Source: a bacterium (GTDB taxonomy: Bacteria > UBA8248 > JACPRG01 > G963555815). Taken from it: a stretch of DNA of 64,000 bases. The position numbers were made by a program, and so were the translations under genes. The notes below the pieces were generated by a model. That model searched no databases, was not told where the DNA came from, and was given only the letters and a program-made list of their open reading frames with translations. Location: NCBI GenBank assembly GCA_965261595.1, contig CBDHDG010000004.1, positions 576,001 to 640,000 on the forward strand, read 5' to 3'. Shown one piece after another: positions 10,448 through 20,946 of this stretch. Every line of letters starts with the position of its first letter. Position 1 is the first letter of the stretch.

Positions 10448-10565
10448 GTAGGGGAGGGCCTTGCGCCCTCCCGCCTTTCACGAGAGGAGGATAACCCATG
10501 GATTCATTGGTCCTTCCATCGATGACCCATCGAGCCCCCGCGGGAGCCCCAAGGGACTCCCCTAC
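10448..10565. repeat. Inverted GTAG-type REP pair (REPIN-like)
   Basis: GTAGGGGAGGGCCTTGCGCCCTCCC at 10448-10472 and GGGAGCCCCAAGGGACTCCCCTAC at 10542-10565; each is a hairpin with a GTAG tail. Confidence 0.75.
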
Positions 10566-10626
10566 ATCTTGAAAGCGGGATGTCTTGGAAATCCGTTGCG
10601 GGGATACCCATCTTGGGGGGGGGGTC

Positions 10627-12030
10627 TCCCCCGCTCTAGGGTTTTGTTGGACACTCGATTGATCCATGATTCATGGAGAAAGGGGTGTCGCGATGAACGA
10701 ACAAAAGCAAGAGGGGGCTTTGGCGGAGGGCGCCCGTAGGGCGAACGGAGCCAAGGCCCCAGGGCATCGCAGTGAGCGGGGTCGGTTCTCCTGCCAGCGC
10801 AAGCGGGAGGCGGTCCTGCGTCTTTTGCGGGGCGAGAGCCTGGAGACGCTCTGCCGCGAGTTGGGCACGACAGCGGCTCGGCTTTCCGCCTGGCGCGAGG
10901 CGTTCCTTCGCGGGGGCGAGGCGGCGCTCAAAGCCCGCCCGGCGGATGAGCGGGACGAGGAGAACGCCCGGCTCAAGGCCAAGGTGGGCGAACTCACGAT
11001 GGAGGGCGAGGTCCTGCGGGAGAAGATCGACCGCCTGGAGGCCGGCCGCCCTTTAGCCGGCAGGAGGTGGAGGCGATGAGTCAGGCCCGCTTCACCTCCA
11101 CGGGCAGAGCCTACGGCCTGAAGCGGGTGTGCGCCCTTTGGGGCTTGGCGCGCTCCACGGTCTACGCGCAACGGCGGCGAGAGGCGGTCCCCGTTCATGA
11201 ACGCCCCACGCCCAATAAGCGCGGCCCTGTGGGCCCGTGCACCGATGCGGAACTCCTCGGCCACATCCGGCAGGTCCTGGAGGACTCTCCCTTCCATGGC
11301 GAGGGCTACCGCAAGGTGTGGGCGAGGCTGCGCTTCGCGGGCATCCGCACCAGCAAGGAGCGGGTGCGTCGCCTGATGCGGGAGGCGGGGCTTCAGGCCC
11401 CCCACCGGGTGGGCAAACCCCGAGGTCCCAAGGCCCACAACGGGACCATCCGCACCGAGCGGCCCGACCGAATGTGGGGCACGGACATGACGACGACGGT
11501 GACCACCGAGGAGGGGATGGCCTCGGTGTTCGTGGCGGTGGATCACTGCTCGGTGGACTGCGTGGGGATCCATGCGGCCAAGAGCGGCAACCGCTTCGAG
11601 GCCCTGGAGCCGATCCGGCAGGGGGTCGCCGAGCGCTTCGCCGGCTTGGAGGCGGACGTCGCCGAGGGGCTTAAAGTTCGTCACGACCACGGCCCCGCCT
11701 ATCTGTCCGATGACTTTCAGCGGGAGATCGCCTACCTGGGCATGACCAGTTCGCCCAGCTTCGTGCGGGCGCCCGAGGGAAATGGCTACTGTGAGTGGTT
11801 TATCCGCATCTTGAAGGAGAATCTCCTGTGGGTGCGCTCTTTCGCCACCGTAGAGGAACTGCGGTGGGCGCTGCTTGAGTTCAAGAACCTGTATAACCAT
11901 CATTGGATTCTCGAGGGCTACGGCTACCGAACGCCGGCCCAGGCAAGGCAGGAAAAACTCGCTCAAGTTGCGGAGGCCGCATGAGGTCGAATACCCTCAC
12001 CCGAGTGTCCAATAACCCAGGGGCGGTCCA
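10627..12030 (+). mobile_element. IS3-family IS, copy 2 (1404 bp)
   Basis: Near-identical to copy 1; flanks GGTC and GTTG do not match, so no TSD. Confidence 0.95.
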
Positions 12031-12779
12031 GTTGGCCGCAATCAAGCGGGCTCTGCTGGCCGACAAATCACACGCTCACATTCTTGCGACAAAATTTGGG
12101 ATACAGAAGGCATGAACTTCTTTCCCGGTCTGGGGATGCTCCAGACGTGACGCGCCAGGCGAGAAAACCCGCCGACACCGGAGGCGATGGACAAAATATT
12201 CGGGAGCGCCCGCTGACAGCAAGGCGGGCACGAAAATTCCGGGCTCTGCTGGCAAATCCGGCCTGCGTAGACACGTTCTGCGCAACCCCTTGCATCCCGG
12301 TGCTTTGCATGGGCCGCGCTGCGGTCGCCCGTAAGGGCAGCGGCTGGAAGTGGACTGATCGACACTTCTAGGGCCTGATGGTCGGCAGGCAGGGGAACCG
12401 AGTACGCGGTCCGAATTTTCGGGCTCCTCTTGATCGGAGGCAACATGCAGACCTTACATGGTGTGCATAAAGCGGAAAGGGGAGCATTGTGCCTTTTCAC
12501 CTCCATCCCCCAAAATGGAGCCGGCGAGAAGACTTTACGTCCACCGGCTGTCGCCCACCTCAGGGCGGGGGACGACAGCCCTAAACTGTCCACTGAAACG
12601 GGGTAACTCCAGATTCGGTCTTGTCGAACGCTCCGCCCTGTCCGGTAATCGAGTTGCGAAGCCCGCCATGCGTAATAGACCCGCCGTAGCCGGTCCGGCC
12701 CCCGGACGATACGGAGTACCTTCCCTCCCCCCGATAGGCTTCAATCGCCCGTTTCAGCTTTTCGATTTGTCGCCACATG

Positions 12780-12980
12780 TCAGCCTTGCGCGGCTCCGGT
12801 TTCTTCAAGTATTTGCCAAACCCGCTCGCGTAAGTTGCGCCGGACCTCTAGGGCCTCTTCGGATGGGGGCTCGACGCCGGGGATTTCCTTGATACTGCCA
12901 TCCGGGTTCAGGACCGTCACAACCCATTCGTCCGTCAGCCGTTCCCTTGCGCGTCTCCGTTCTTCGCTTTCCTTGACCAT
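12780..12980 (-). CDS. Small hypothetical protein (phage-like context)
   Basis: 66-aa ORF with an RBS-like GGGGAAAG and a plausible charged composition. Confidence 0.45.
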   Translation of the reverse strand: MVKESEERRRARERLTDEWVVTVLNPDGSIKEIPGVEPPSEEALEVRRNLRERVWQILEETGAAQG

Positions 12981-13415
12981 GCGCTTTCCCCTATTTCGCC
13001 ATCCTTTTCAGGTCCCCGAGGACGAGTTTTTGGATCGTCTTATCGCTCCCTCATCCCGAAGCGTCCAATTTTACCATACGGCGGACCTCACGAATCCGCA
13101 GGCGGTATCCGGGAGGGATGATCATCTCCGCTTCGTCCGCGTTCGTGACGATTGCGGGCGTCCCCTCCGATAGATTCCCCATTGAAACATAATCCGGCAG
13201 TTTCACATGCTTTTCGAACAGCCCCTCGATCGATTTCCAGACCTTTCCCCCCATTTCCTTGGCGGTCGCGTTCGGGTCTGAGAAGGCATCAATGCCCCAC
13301 ACCTCTTCCCCTTTCAGCGATGGGCTTCGACTTGGGTGGCCTCTTCGGTTTCGAGAATTTCGTCGGCTTCGGGGCCTTCGGAGGCTTCGGCGGCGGGGCG
13401 AAGGAAAGGCTTCCG

Positions 13416-13776
13416 CACCTCAAAGGGACTGGCAGGCGTCACGCCTGGGGCCGATGCCGCCCGAATCAATGGCTACGATCCGTAAGGACGCATTCGAGGC
13501 GGTCCTGGCCGCATGCAGAACCCCTCCGAGCCTGTTTGTCGATAGCGATGGAACATCACAACACGAGGCCGTGAGACGGTGGCATTTGGGAGCGGTGTTG
13601 CCGCTCGCAAAGTTGCTCGAACATGAATTGACAATGAAGCTGGAAACGCCGGTTGAACTCAAATTCGATTCCTATGCTTTGGACATGGTGTTCGCGGGAA
13701 ACCGTGGTCGCCAAGCTCGCGCAAGCGGGCGTTCCGATGGCGACCGCGCTTGAGGCGGTGGGGTTGAACGGTGACT
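13416..13776 (+). pseudogene. C-terminal fragment of a phage portal-like protein
   Basis: APQRDWQASRLGP..VLAAC.TPPSLF..DGTSQ.EA.RRW..LP LAKLLE.EL resembles portal C-termini. Frameshift near 13690 and no N-terminus. Confidence 0.5.
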
Positions 13777-14154
13777 AGCACCTGTACGATTCCCGGATGT
13801 GAAAGGAAGATGGCCGCGCGTGGGCTTTGCCATACTCATTGGGCGCTGTGGAAGAAACGGGGCGATCCCCTTGCGCCACGCCTCTCGGCTCCCTACTGGA
13901 CCCTGGAGGAAGATCGGAAACTGTACGACTTGATCCGCGATACTCCCGGCGGAATCGGACGGGCTGGGCAAGGGGAGGTTGCCGAATTGGCCGTGCATCT
14001 GGAACGGTCGGTTTCCGCCTGTCCACTCGCCTGTCTTATCTCCGATGGCGGCGAAGGACGGCACTCGGGCTTTAGACCCCATCATTTGCGTGGGAAAAAT
14101 AGTGGTAACATGACCGTCTGGAATTATCTAAGTTGTATATATTCAATAAGTTAA
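13771..14154 (+). CDS. Phage-type Zn-finger (C-x4-C...C-x2-H) plus Myb/SANT-like DNA-binding protein; 3' part probably frameshifted
   Basis: CTIPGCERKMAARGLCHTHW followed by WTLEEDRKLYDL. Confidence 0.55.
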   Translation: MTSTCTIPGCERKMAARGLCHTHWALWKKRGDPLAPRLSAPYWTLEEDRKLYDLIRDTPGGIGRAGQGEVAELAVHLERSVSACPLACLISDGGEGRHSGFRPHHLRGKNSGNMTVWNYLSCIYSIS

Positions 14155-14162
14155 ACTATATA

Positions 14163-14185
14163 TTCGATCCCGGTATCCTCCACCA
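14163..14185 (+). other. att core: duplicated tRNA 3' end (Ala- or Val-type)
   Basis: TTCGATCCCGGTATCCTCCACCA (T-loop to CCA) without a 5' half. It is flanked by IHF-like sites and lies next to an integrase. Confidence 0.75.
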
Positions 14186-14213
14186 TTTAAATTCAATATG
14201 TTACAGCACACCT

Positions 14214-14861
14214 CTAATTCGCCGCCGGTTTTTCTGTGACCATTTTGTGACCACTTTCCTGTAATTTCGGCTCTTCAAGAAACGTTTCCTGAAGCTTTAC
14301 GGACGCCGCCGGGTTGGTCTCTTCCATGAGATGACCGTACAGGTCGAGAGTCATTCTGATGGAAGCATGCCCCATCTGCGCCTGAATATATTTTGGGTGA
14401 TGGCCCGCATGAATCATCAAAGCCGCGTAGCTGTCACGCAAAGAATGGAATGGAAGGTCGCGCAATCCCGCCCGCCTGAGCGTCGGTTTGAATTCACGGC
14501 TGCGGAGATTGTTCGGGTTCATCGGCTTCCCGTTCGCCTGGGGAAAAACTAGGTCCCCCGCGAATCGGCTTGGGGACTCTCTCAGCGCCTGGGCCAGCAT
14601 CGGCGCCATGTCGATATCCCGCCGACTGCTCGCGCTCTTCGGCTCTATGAATGCCCCCTTGTAAAGACCGCGTCTTACCCGGATCTGCATCGAAGCGAAG
14701 TCTATGCAGTCCCAATGCAACGCCAAAAGTTCCCCCTGCCGCATTCCCGTCAGGATCGCACAGAGAAAGAAGGTGCGCAAATTCGGGCTGGCATGATCCT
14801 GGAATAGTCTCAGTTCTTGTGTCCTGAGAAAATCCTTTTCTTCCGTGACCACTTTGACAGG
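14214..14861 (-). pseudogene. Tyrosine integrase catalytic domain, N-terminus removed by an IS
   Basis: TGMRQGELLAL, FHSLRDSYA and QMGHASIRMTLDLYGHL motifs. Confidence 0.9.
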
Positions 14862-16132
14862 GGACCTGCCCCCCTGAAACCGGTCCGGTTTGAGAGTTAG
14901 GATTTTCGCACGGCTTTCGGGACTGGATTGGCCTAGAAAGGGGGCAATGATGAGTCGGAAGCGATTCACCGCGGAGCAGATCATCCACAAGCTTCGTCAG
15001 GCCGAGGTGGAGTTGGCCAATGGGCAGAGGATGGCTCAGGTCTGCAAGACGCTGGGGATCTCCGAGCAGACCTATTACCGGTGGCGGCGGGAGTACGGAG
15101 GCCTGCGCCTGGACCAGGCGAAACGACTGAAGACACTGGAGCAGGAAAACGCCCGGCTAAAGAAGCTGGTGGCCGAGCAGGCCCTGGATAACGCCATCTT
15201 GAAGGAGGCCTCCCAGGGAAACTTCTGAGCCCGCCTGCGCGGCGGCGGGCGATGGAGCATGTGCGGGAGAAGCTGAGCGTGTCCGAACGTCGCGCCTGCC
15301 GGGTGCTGGGTCAGGCCCGCTCGACTCAGCGGCGCTCTGCCCAGGTCCCTGACGATGAGGCCCGTTTGGTGGCGCGGGTGACAGAGCTGGCGAGCGAGTA
15401 CGGACGGTACGGCTACCGGAGGATAACGGCTCTGTTGGAAAGAGAAGGCTGGCGAGTGAATCACAAGGGGGTGGAGCGGATCTGGCGCCAGGAAGGCCTG
15501 AAGGCGCCGAAGAGACAGCCCAAGCGAGGGCGTTTATGGCTGAACGACGGCTCTTGTGTTCGCAAGCGTCCGTCTTATCGGAATCATGTGTGGTCCTACG
15601 ACTTCCTGGCCGCGAGGACGCACGATGGGCGGCCTTTACGGATGCTGGCTGTGATGGATGAGTTGACCCGGGAGCGCTTGGCCCTTGATGTAGAGAGAAG
15701 ACTCAACTCCGAGGACGTCCTGGACCGCCTCACCGAGTTGTTCGTCCGGCGTGGCCTGCCGGCTTATATCCGCTCGGACAACGGGGCGGAGTTCACGGCG
15801 AATGCGGTGAGAGGGTGGCTCACCCGTCTTGGGGTGAGAACGCTTTACATCGAGCGGGGCAGTCCCTGGGAGAACGGCTATGTGGAGTCCTTCATCGGCA
15901 AGCTGCGCGATGAGCTGCTCAACGGGGAGATCTTCTACACCCTGACAGAGGCCAAGGTGTTGGTGGAGAGATGGCGACAACTCTACAACCGGGTAAGGCC
16001 CCATAGTGCCTTGGGCTACCGGCCCCCGGCGCCGGAGGCCATCGAACCAATGCCTCCGGGCATCCCTACACTTTCGGATATCGGGGAGAAGAGACTAACT
16101 CAAAAAGTGGTACAACTTTAGGGGGCGGGTTA
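14862..16132 (+). mobile_element. IS3-family (IS407-group-like) IS; orfA ~14947..15228, orfB ~15225..16121
   Basis: RKRFTAEQII orfA, GGGAAAC -1 frameshift motif, DDE orfB (WSYDF, RSDNG, NGYVESF). Terminal dinucleotides are degenerate and there is no TSD. Confidence 0.92.
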
Positions 16133-16234
16133 CGCATCAATGCCTCGTGGTTCCGCGCGGCGCACCGGGACCGGGACCCGCCCGACAGTTGGGACTTCAC
16201 CCTGGGCTTCCGTTTCGCCAAGAACGCCCCTTAA
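16133..16234 (+). pseudogene. 3' remnant of a formylglycine-generating-enzyme (SUMF1) family gene
   Basis: Translates RINASWFRAAHRDRDPPDSWDFTLGFRFAKNAP*, matching the R.A.R....P......GFR terminus. Confidence 0.6.
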
Positions 16235-16271
16235 AGCGCCCTCTGTCTTTGCACACTTTCCGGGGGTTCAT

Positions 16272-18326
16272 TCAAGGGATGCCCTTGGCCGTGCCCGCGT
16301 GTAGCCTCCCCCCCCCCTTCCCTTTCTTGCCAATGTGGTAATTGTGGCAGGTCAGACAGCCCTCCGGCGCCTCCGCCTTTTTGTGGCAGGCGGCGCACTC
16401 GGCTTTTTTGATCCGCTTGAAGTTCCCGTTATATTTCGCGGGATTGAAATCCTTGTACAGGTCCGCTGTATTGCGACCCGGGCGATGGCACGTGAAACAC
16501 CCCTTCCCGTCGCCCAGCGTCAGGTGCGGCGCATGGATGAAGCGGTTGAAATCCTTTCCATCGCTTCCCAGCCGCTTCTCCTCCCAGTTCACCCGGCGAA
16601 CGCCTCCGATCTTGTCAACGCTGTGGCACTTCCCGCACAGGTTCGGCAACGAGGCGGCGTCGGTCAAAGCGGTAAAAATCTTCTCCAGCGCCGAACCCCT
16701 CCGGCCCTTGACACTGAGGTCCAACCAGCCACGAACGAAGCGGTCCGCGTGACCCGTGGGCCGATAAATCAGCGAAAAATCCTCCCGGCGCCAGGCGTCC
16801 GCGGCGCTCGACCCCTCGTCGGAAGAAGCTTTCGCCTGTCTGTCTTTCTTGCCTCCCTCTCCGCCATCGGACTTCTTCTTCTCCGCCGCCTTCCAGCGGG
16901 CCATCTCGGGTTCAAGCTTGGGCAACCAGGATCGCTGGGCCTTCCGGACGACCTGAACGGGCATTTGCATGATCAGTCCAAGGGTCTCCCCTTCACTCAA
17001 TGATCGTCCAAGCGCCTTCACCAGCCGGTCTCTAAAGCCCTGCTGTCCTTTGATGGACAGGTCAAAGAGGAGCGCCTTCACCAGCCGGGCGAGCCGTCCG
17101 GCCGCGACCACTTGCTTCTCGTCGTCATCGTCATCCAGCGCCGCCTCCACCTTCGCAAAGCCGGGGTCCGACGCGAGGAGAAGACCCATAAAAGCGGTGA
17201 TTTCTTTCTCCTGGGCGTCCTCCGGCCATTCCCCCACATCCACATCGGCATCCCGGAGGGTGTCGAGATCAAGGGCCGGCAGCGTGAAGATGGGGATGCC
17301 CTCGGCGCGGATATCCGCCTCATGGCAGAAGGCGCAGCTTTCTCCGAACCCTTTCATCAACATCTCGCCGCCGGCGGGGGACCGCTCGTGGCAACGCCCG
17401 CAAGGGAGCGGATCGCCCTTTTTGAGCAGGCCTTTTTTTCTGAAGTGTTTGGGATGGGAAACGTGATCGAAGATCAGCCGAGTCCGCCGCCCATATGGAA
17501 AACGCGTGAATTCGGGGTGACTTGTCCCGAAGTCGCCATACGGGTGGGCATGGCAGGCTTGGCATCGCCGATTGTCCATGGCCGTCAGGTCGAACTTCCT
17601 GCCGCGGTGTTCTTTATGGCATACGGCGCACGCCAACTTCGCCCCGCCGGTTTGCCCCCCCCTCAAATCGAGCAGGAAGCCAGGAATAGGGCCGGTGAGC
17701 CGCCGGCCGGGGGGGGGGCGCTTCCGGATTTTCGAGGTGATCCGAGCCAACTTCTCGGGCGAAGACGTGTGCGGCCTCAGGGCCTGATCGCCCAGGGTGT
17801 GGCAGCCCAGACAAAGCCCGCTGTCATCCCGCGCGGATCCGGACGTCATGGCGGCCCGGACCCACTTCGTCAAGCCCCCTTGAAACACCGCGTGGCAATT
17901 CTCGCAGCGTCGTCCGACCGTGCCGTGGTGCACGGTCAACGGGCCCGGTGAGATGAATTCCCGACCGGCATCGCCAGAGAGGAGCAGGAAGATGAGGCCG
18001 AACATGAGCGCCGACGCCCAGCGCGAGAGCGCCCCGCGGCGGGCCCTTGCGTTCAGAACCGGCCGGCAGGGCGGAACGACACTTGAGCAAGCGCCGTCGG
18101 GCAGCGGGCCCGCATCGCACGCCCCGCCGAAGGCGCTCGCACGCGCACATTTCCACCGGGCTCCGTTTTTTTTGGGCGCGCACTCGCGAGCGGCCATGCA
18201 CCGGCCCTTGCGATCCGGTCCGATGCCGCAGGCCTTCCCCTCGGCCGCCCATCCGCAGACCCACTTCTGGGTCGGGCGCTCGTAATGAGATTGATCGAAC
18301 CTGTAATCTTGCAAGCGCCGGCTCAT
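16272..18326 (-). CDS. Membrane-anchored decaheme cytochrome c with an N-terminal 8-Cys domain
   Basis: Ten CxxCH motifs (CENCH, CLGCH, CAVCH, CQACH, CGRCH, CAFCH, CGKCH, CFTCH, CAACH, CLTCH). One TM segment; ATG overlaps the upstream stop. Confidence 0.9.
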   Translation of the reverse strand: MSRRLQDYRFDQSHYERPTQKWVCGWAAEGKACGIGPDRKGRCMAARECAPKKNGARWKCARASAFGGACDAGPLPDGACSSVVPPCRPVLNARARRGALSRWASALMFGLIFLLLSGDAGREFISPGPLTVHHGTVGRRCENCHAVFQGGLTKWVRAAMTSGSARDDSGLCLGCHTLGDQALRPHTSSPEKLARITSKIRKRPPPGRRLTGPIPGFLLDLRGGQTGGAKLACAVCHKEHRGRKFDLTAMDNRRCQACHAHPYGDFGTSHPEFTRFPYGRRTRLIFDHVSHPKHFRKKGLLKKGDPLPCGRCHERSPAGGEMLMKGFGESCAFCHEADIRAEGIPIFTLPALDLDTLRDADVDVGEWPEDAQEKEITAFMGLLLASDPGFAKVEAALDDDDDEKQVVAAGRLARLVKALLFDLSIKGQQGFRDRLVKALGRSLSEGETLGLIMQMPVQVVRKAQRSWLPKLEPEMARWKAAEKKKSDGGEGGKKDRQAKASSDEGSSAADAWRREDFSLIYRPTGHADRFVRGWLDLSVKGRRGSALEKIFTALTDAASLPNLCGKCHSVDKIGGVRRVNWEEKRLGSDGKDFNRFIHAPHLTLGDGKGCFTCHRPGRNTADLYKDFNPAKYNGNFKRIKKAECAACHKKAEAPEGCLTCHNYHIGKKGKGGGRLHAGTAKGIP

Positions 18327-19144
18327 GGATTTCCAACCGAGAAGGCGTAGACGAAGACGACGTGCGCAAGGGCCAGGATCAACAGGCAGTAGGTCAGCGG
18401 AACATGGAAAAACAGCCACCGCTTCAGCATCGCTTGCAGGGCGTACTGGTGGTCCAGGTGATCTTTTTGCCGCACGAGCTCAACCAAGTCGTCCATGTGG
18501 CGCTTTTGTTTCTCGTTCAGATAACGCCGCAAACCGGCGCTATCCTCCAAAAGAGCGTGGAGAGGGCCGTTCGACTGCAAGAGGTGCAACCAGAAGTTGC
18601 GCGGGCCGGCGAAGAAAGGCAAGAGCCGGTCGGCGTAAAAGTCCGCGATCGTCGTCGACTTCCCTTCCTCGGCGGATCGAACGACCAGGGCCTCCGCCTC
18701 CTCCCGCAACCGGCGGCGAAGCTCGGGGATTCGCTCGAAGATGACCTCTTCCCCATGACGGGCGAGACGGGGCGCGAATCGTCGTGAGATCCGAAGGCCG
18801 AACACGCCGCTGGCCGCCGCGCCCAGATACAACAGGGCCAGCGTTGTCTCCAAAGGCCCGTTCGGCGCCCGGAACCCCACGTGAAGCAGGAACAGGAGAA
18901 TCGAGAACCACCCGACATTCAAGTGGACCTGGAGCCAGACGGAGGAAGACCCAAGCGGAAGAAAGGGAAGTTTTTTGCGGACGTTATAGACGGCGAGGAA
19001 GACGATGGCCGCCAGCAGAACCGAGCCGCTCAGAAATTGGGAGCGCAGAAGGGTCGAAGAATATGCGCGATCAACCGCAAGGGCGAGAAGGGAGAAAACG
19101 ATGAGGATCGACAAGCTGAGCCACCGGCGGGCGGCGAAGGTCAT
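18323..19144 (-). CDS. Integral membrane protein with His-bearing TM helices (cytochrome-b/ferric-reductase-like)
   Basis: Several hydrophobic helices; WLQVHL..LLH and WLFFHVP..LAHV. ATG at 19144 overlaps the reconstructed upstream TGA. Confidence 0.8.
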   Translation of the reverse strand: MTFAARRWLSLSILIVFSLLALAVDRAYSSTLLRSQFLSGSVLLAAIVFLAVYNVRKKLPFLPLGSSSVWLQVHLNVGWFSILLFLLHVGFRAPNGPLETTLALLYLGAAASGVFGLRISRRFAPRLARHGEEVIFERIPELRRRLREEAEALVVRSAEEGKSTTIADFYADRLLPFFAGPRNFWLHLLQSNGPLHALLEDSAGLRRYLNEKQKRHMDDLVELVRQKDHLDHQYALQAMLKRWLFFHVPLTYCLLILALAHVVFVYAFSVGNP

Positions 19145-19228
19145 CACCGGTTGACCCATTTCAAAAGGGACTTATATATTTGGGTTAATATCGGAGGTAT
19201 AGACTCAAAATTCGAGAAAGGAAAACCA

Positions 19229-19546
19229 TCATGAGTCAAGATCTTTCAGATTACAAATCGCATCCTGAAGGGCTTCAACGAGACCCTGTGCTTGCTCAAT
19301 CGTTAGGCCATAAGGCGGAGAACTGGACGTTGGTTCGGAAGATCTCGTTATCGGAAGAGGAGCTGAATCAATCAATACGAGAATTTTGCGAATGCCTGCA
19401 TGTTGAAGGACGCGAAGATTTGATATGACATGAATGTCATCCGAATCGATCAAGGGCACCATAACTATCTCTCTCCCTGGACGCACCTTCGCCCTTGACA
19501 AGAGGGGAGAGAATCCGCATGTTTGGGAGTACTTGGTTTCTCCCAT
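19229..19546 (-). CDS. Hypothetical passenger protein
   Basis: 105-aa ORF inside the cassette; start uncertain. Confidence 0.45.
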   Translation of the reverse strand: MGETKYSQTCGFSPLLSRAKVRPGREIVMVPLIDSDDIHVISNLRVLQHAGIRKILVLIDSAPLPITRSSEPTSSSPPYGLTIEQAQGLVEALQDAICNLKDLDS

Positions 19547-19621
19547 ATACGGATTCTCAGTATTGAGAGCCCCGCATGGCCGCGGGGCTCTCGCACGTCT
19601 GGCGACGATTATACCATAGGC

Positions 19622-20746
19622 CTACTGCTTCCCAGCCCCGAAGGCCCCAAGAAATACGGCGTCACTTCCACCGTGTGTTGAGAACTCTCCCCCGAACGTT
19701 CCCGCCACCAACCGTGGGTCCCCTTCGGCATCCTGAATACTGGAGAATCGGCCTCCCCAGCTCCCGCTCGAGTTTCTCACTGGTGTATCTTGGCTCGTCG
19801 CGGTCACATTGTTCTGGGTGAAAGAGCCATCATTAGATATCGGAGCCGCGCCGAGCCTAACCTCGAAGTCCGACGGGACACTATAAAACCCAACGGTTCT
19901 CCCGGTGACACCATCCTGGGCCGCACCGCTGAGCAGAATGCCCCCATCGCAACCGACGCATCCGCTGATCGTCATGTTGCCGAAGTCCGCGGTGAGCTTG
20001 GCGATACCGGAAAATTCCCCCACTGCTGCGCTCCCGACGGAGAACCCGGATGAAAGGGCTTCAGTGCCATAGATGATGGCATACATCCCTGCGGCCGTAC
20101 CCCTGTAGCTCGCGGTTCCTTGAATCGGTAGAGTCGCTGGATTCGACGAGTCGATCTCAGGGCCGTCAATGAACGCGCCCACTCCGACATTCGTGACCTC
20201 GCCAGCCAAGACATTCCCTTCAACGTTCAACCAGTAGCCGCCGGCCAGGTAATCATTGGTATTGCCGTCAGCCCAATCGACAGCCACCCTTCCTATCGTG
20301 ATCGAGAAGCTGGTGTCGGCGCTTCCCGAGATATCGATAACACCCCAATCGCGACCCGATCTGCCTTCCAGGCCTAAAATGGAGGGTCCAACGCCCTGAT
20401 CCTCGACTGCTTTAGCCGTGTCGAGCCTGATCGGACCTCCGGCAGCACGTTGCGCCGACACGGTCAGTCTCTGGCCGTTGAAGCTCGATGATATTCCTGT
20501 CAACGTTTCGTTCGACTGGAATACGCTGCCGAACCGGGGCCGGGAGTTCGCGGCGCGCGCCGCCTCGTCGAGAATTTCTTCCGGATCGGACGTCTGAATG
20601 TCTCTCGTTGAAATCTCTGGTGGCGGTGGTTCGACCGGTGCCGACGGCGTCATTTCAGCTGGGTGCAGCGATGAGCCTCCGCCCCCTCCACCGCCACAAC
20701 CGAAAAGCAGAATCGCTGTGAACAGAATCGCTACGATGTGTCTCAT
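19622..20746 (-). CDS. Lipoprotein with a transferrin-binding-protein-like C-terminal beta-barrel
   Basis: Lipobox LLFGC followed by poly-Gly; GTASYRGTAAG, LTADFGNMTISG, GSWGGRF, VAGTFGG and FLGAFGAGKQ motifs. Confidence 0.8.
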   Translation of the reverse strand: MRHIVAILFTAILLFGCGGGGGGGSSLHPAEMTPSAPVEPPPPEISTRDIQTSDPEEILDEAARAANSRPRFGSVFQSNETLTGISSSFNGQRLTVSAQRAAGGPIRLDTAKAVEDQGVGPSILGLEGRSGRDWGVIDISGSADTSFSITIGRVAVDWADGNTNDYLAGGYWLNVEGNVLAGEVTNVGVGAFIDGPEIDSSNPATLPIQGTASYRGTAAGMYAIIYGTEALSSGFSVGSAAVGEFSGIAKLTADFGNMTISGCVGCDGGILLSGAAQDGVTGRTVGFYSVPSDFEVRLGAAPISNDGSFTQNNVTATSQDTPVRNSSGSWGGRFSSIQDAEGDPRLVAGTFGGEFSTHGGSDAVFLGAFGAGKQ

Positions 20747-20946
20747 GGAATTCTCCATCCTGATGAATTTCACCGTGCCGGGCACACACGTGCCGGTCCG
20801 TTGCCAACACCTCCAGGAAACCTGATACCCCCGTCTATTCACCGGGCCTTGGGAGCTACCCCGAGCCGGACAGAGGGCTGTTGCATTCAGCGGGTAACCC
20901 GGCGAAGCCGGATTCCGACAGATGTTGGCTGGAGAAAAGTCTAGGT

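Noticed and set aside
2774..12030. Composite transposon formed by IS copies 1 and 2
   Set aside because: Copy 1 has its own TSD and the outer flanks (TCTA and GTTG) do not match.
14120..14185. Complete tRNA or tmRNA gene
   Set aside because: Upstream DNA is AT-rich and cannot pair to form the acceptor or T stems.
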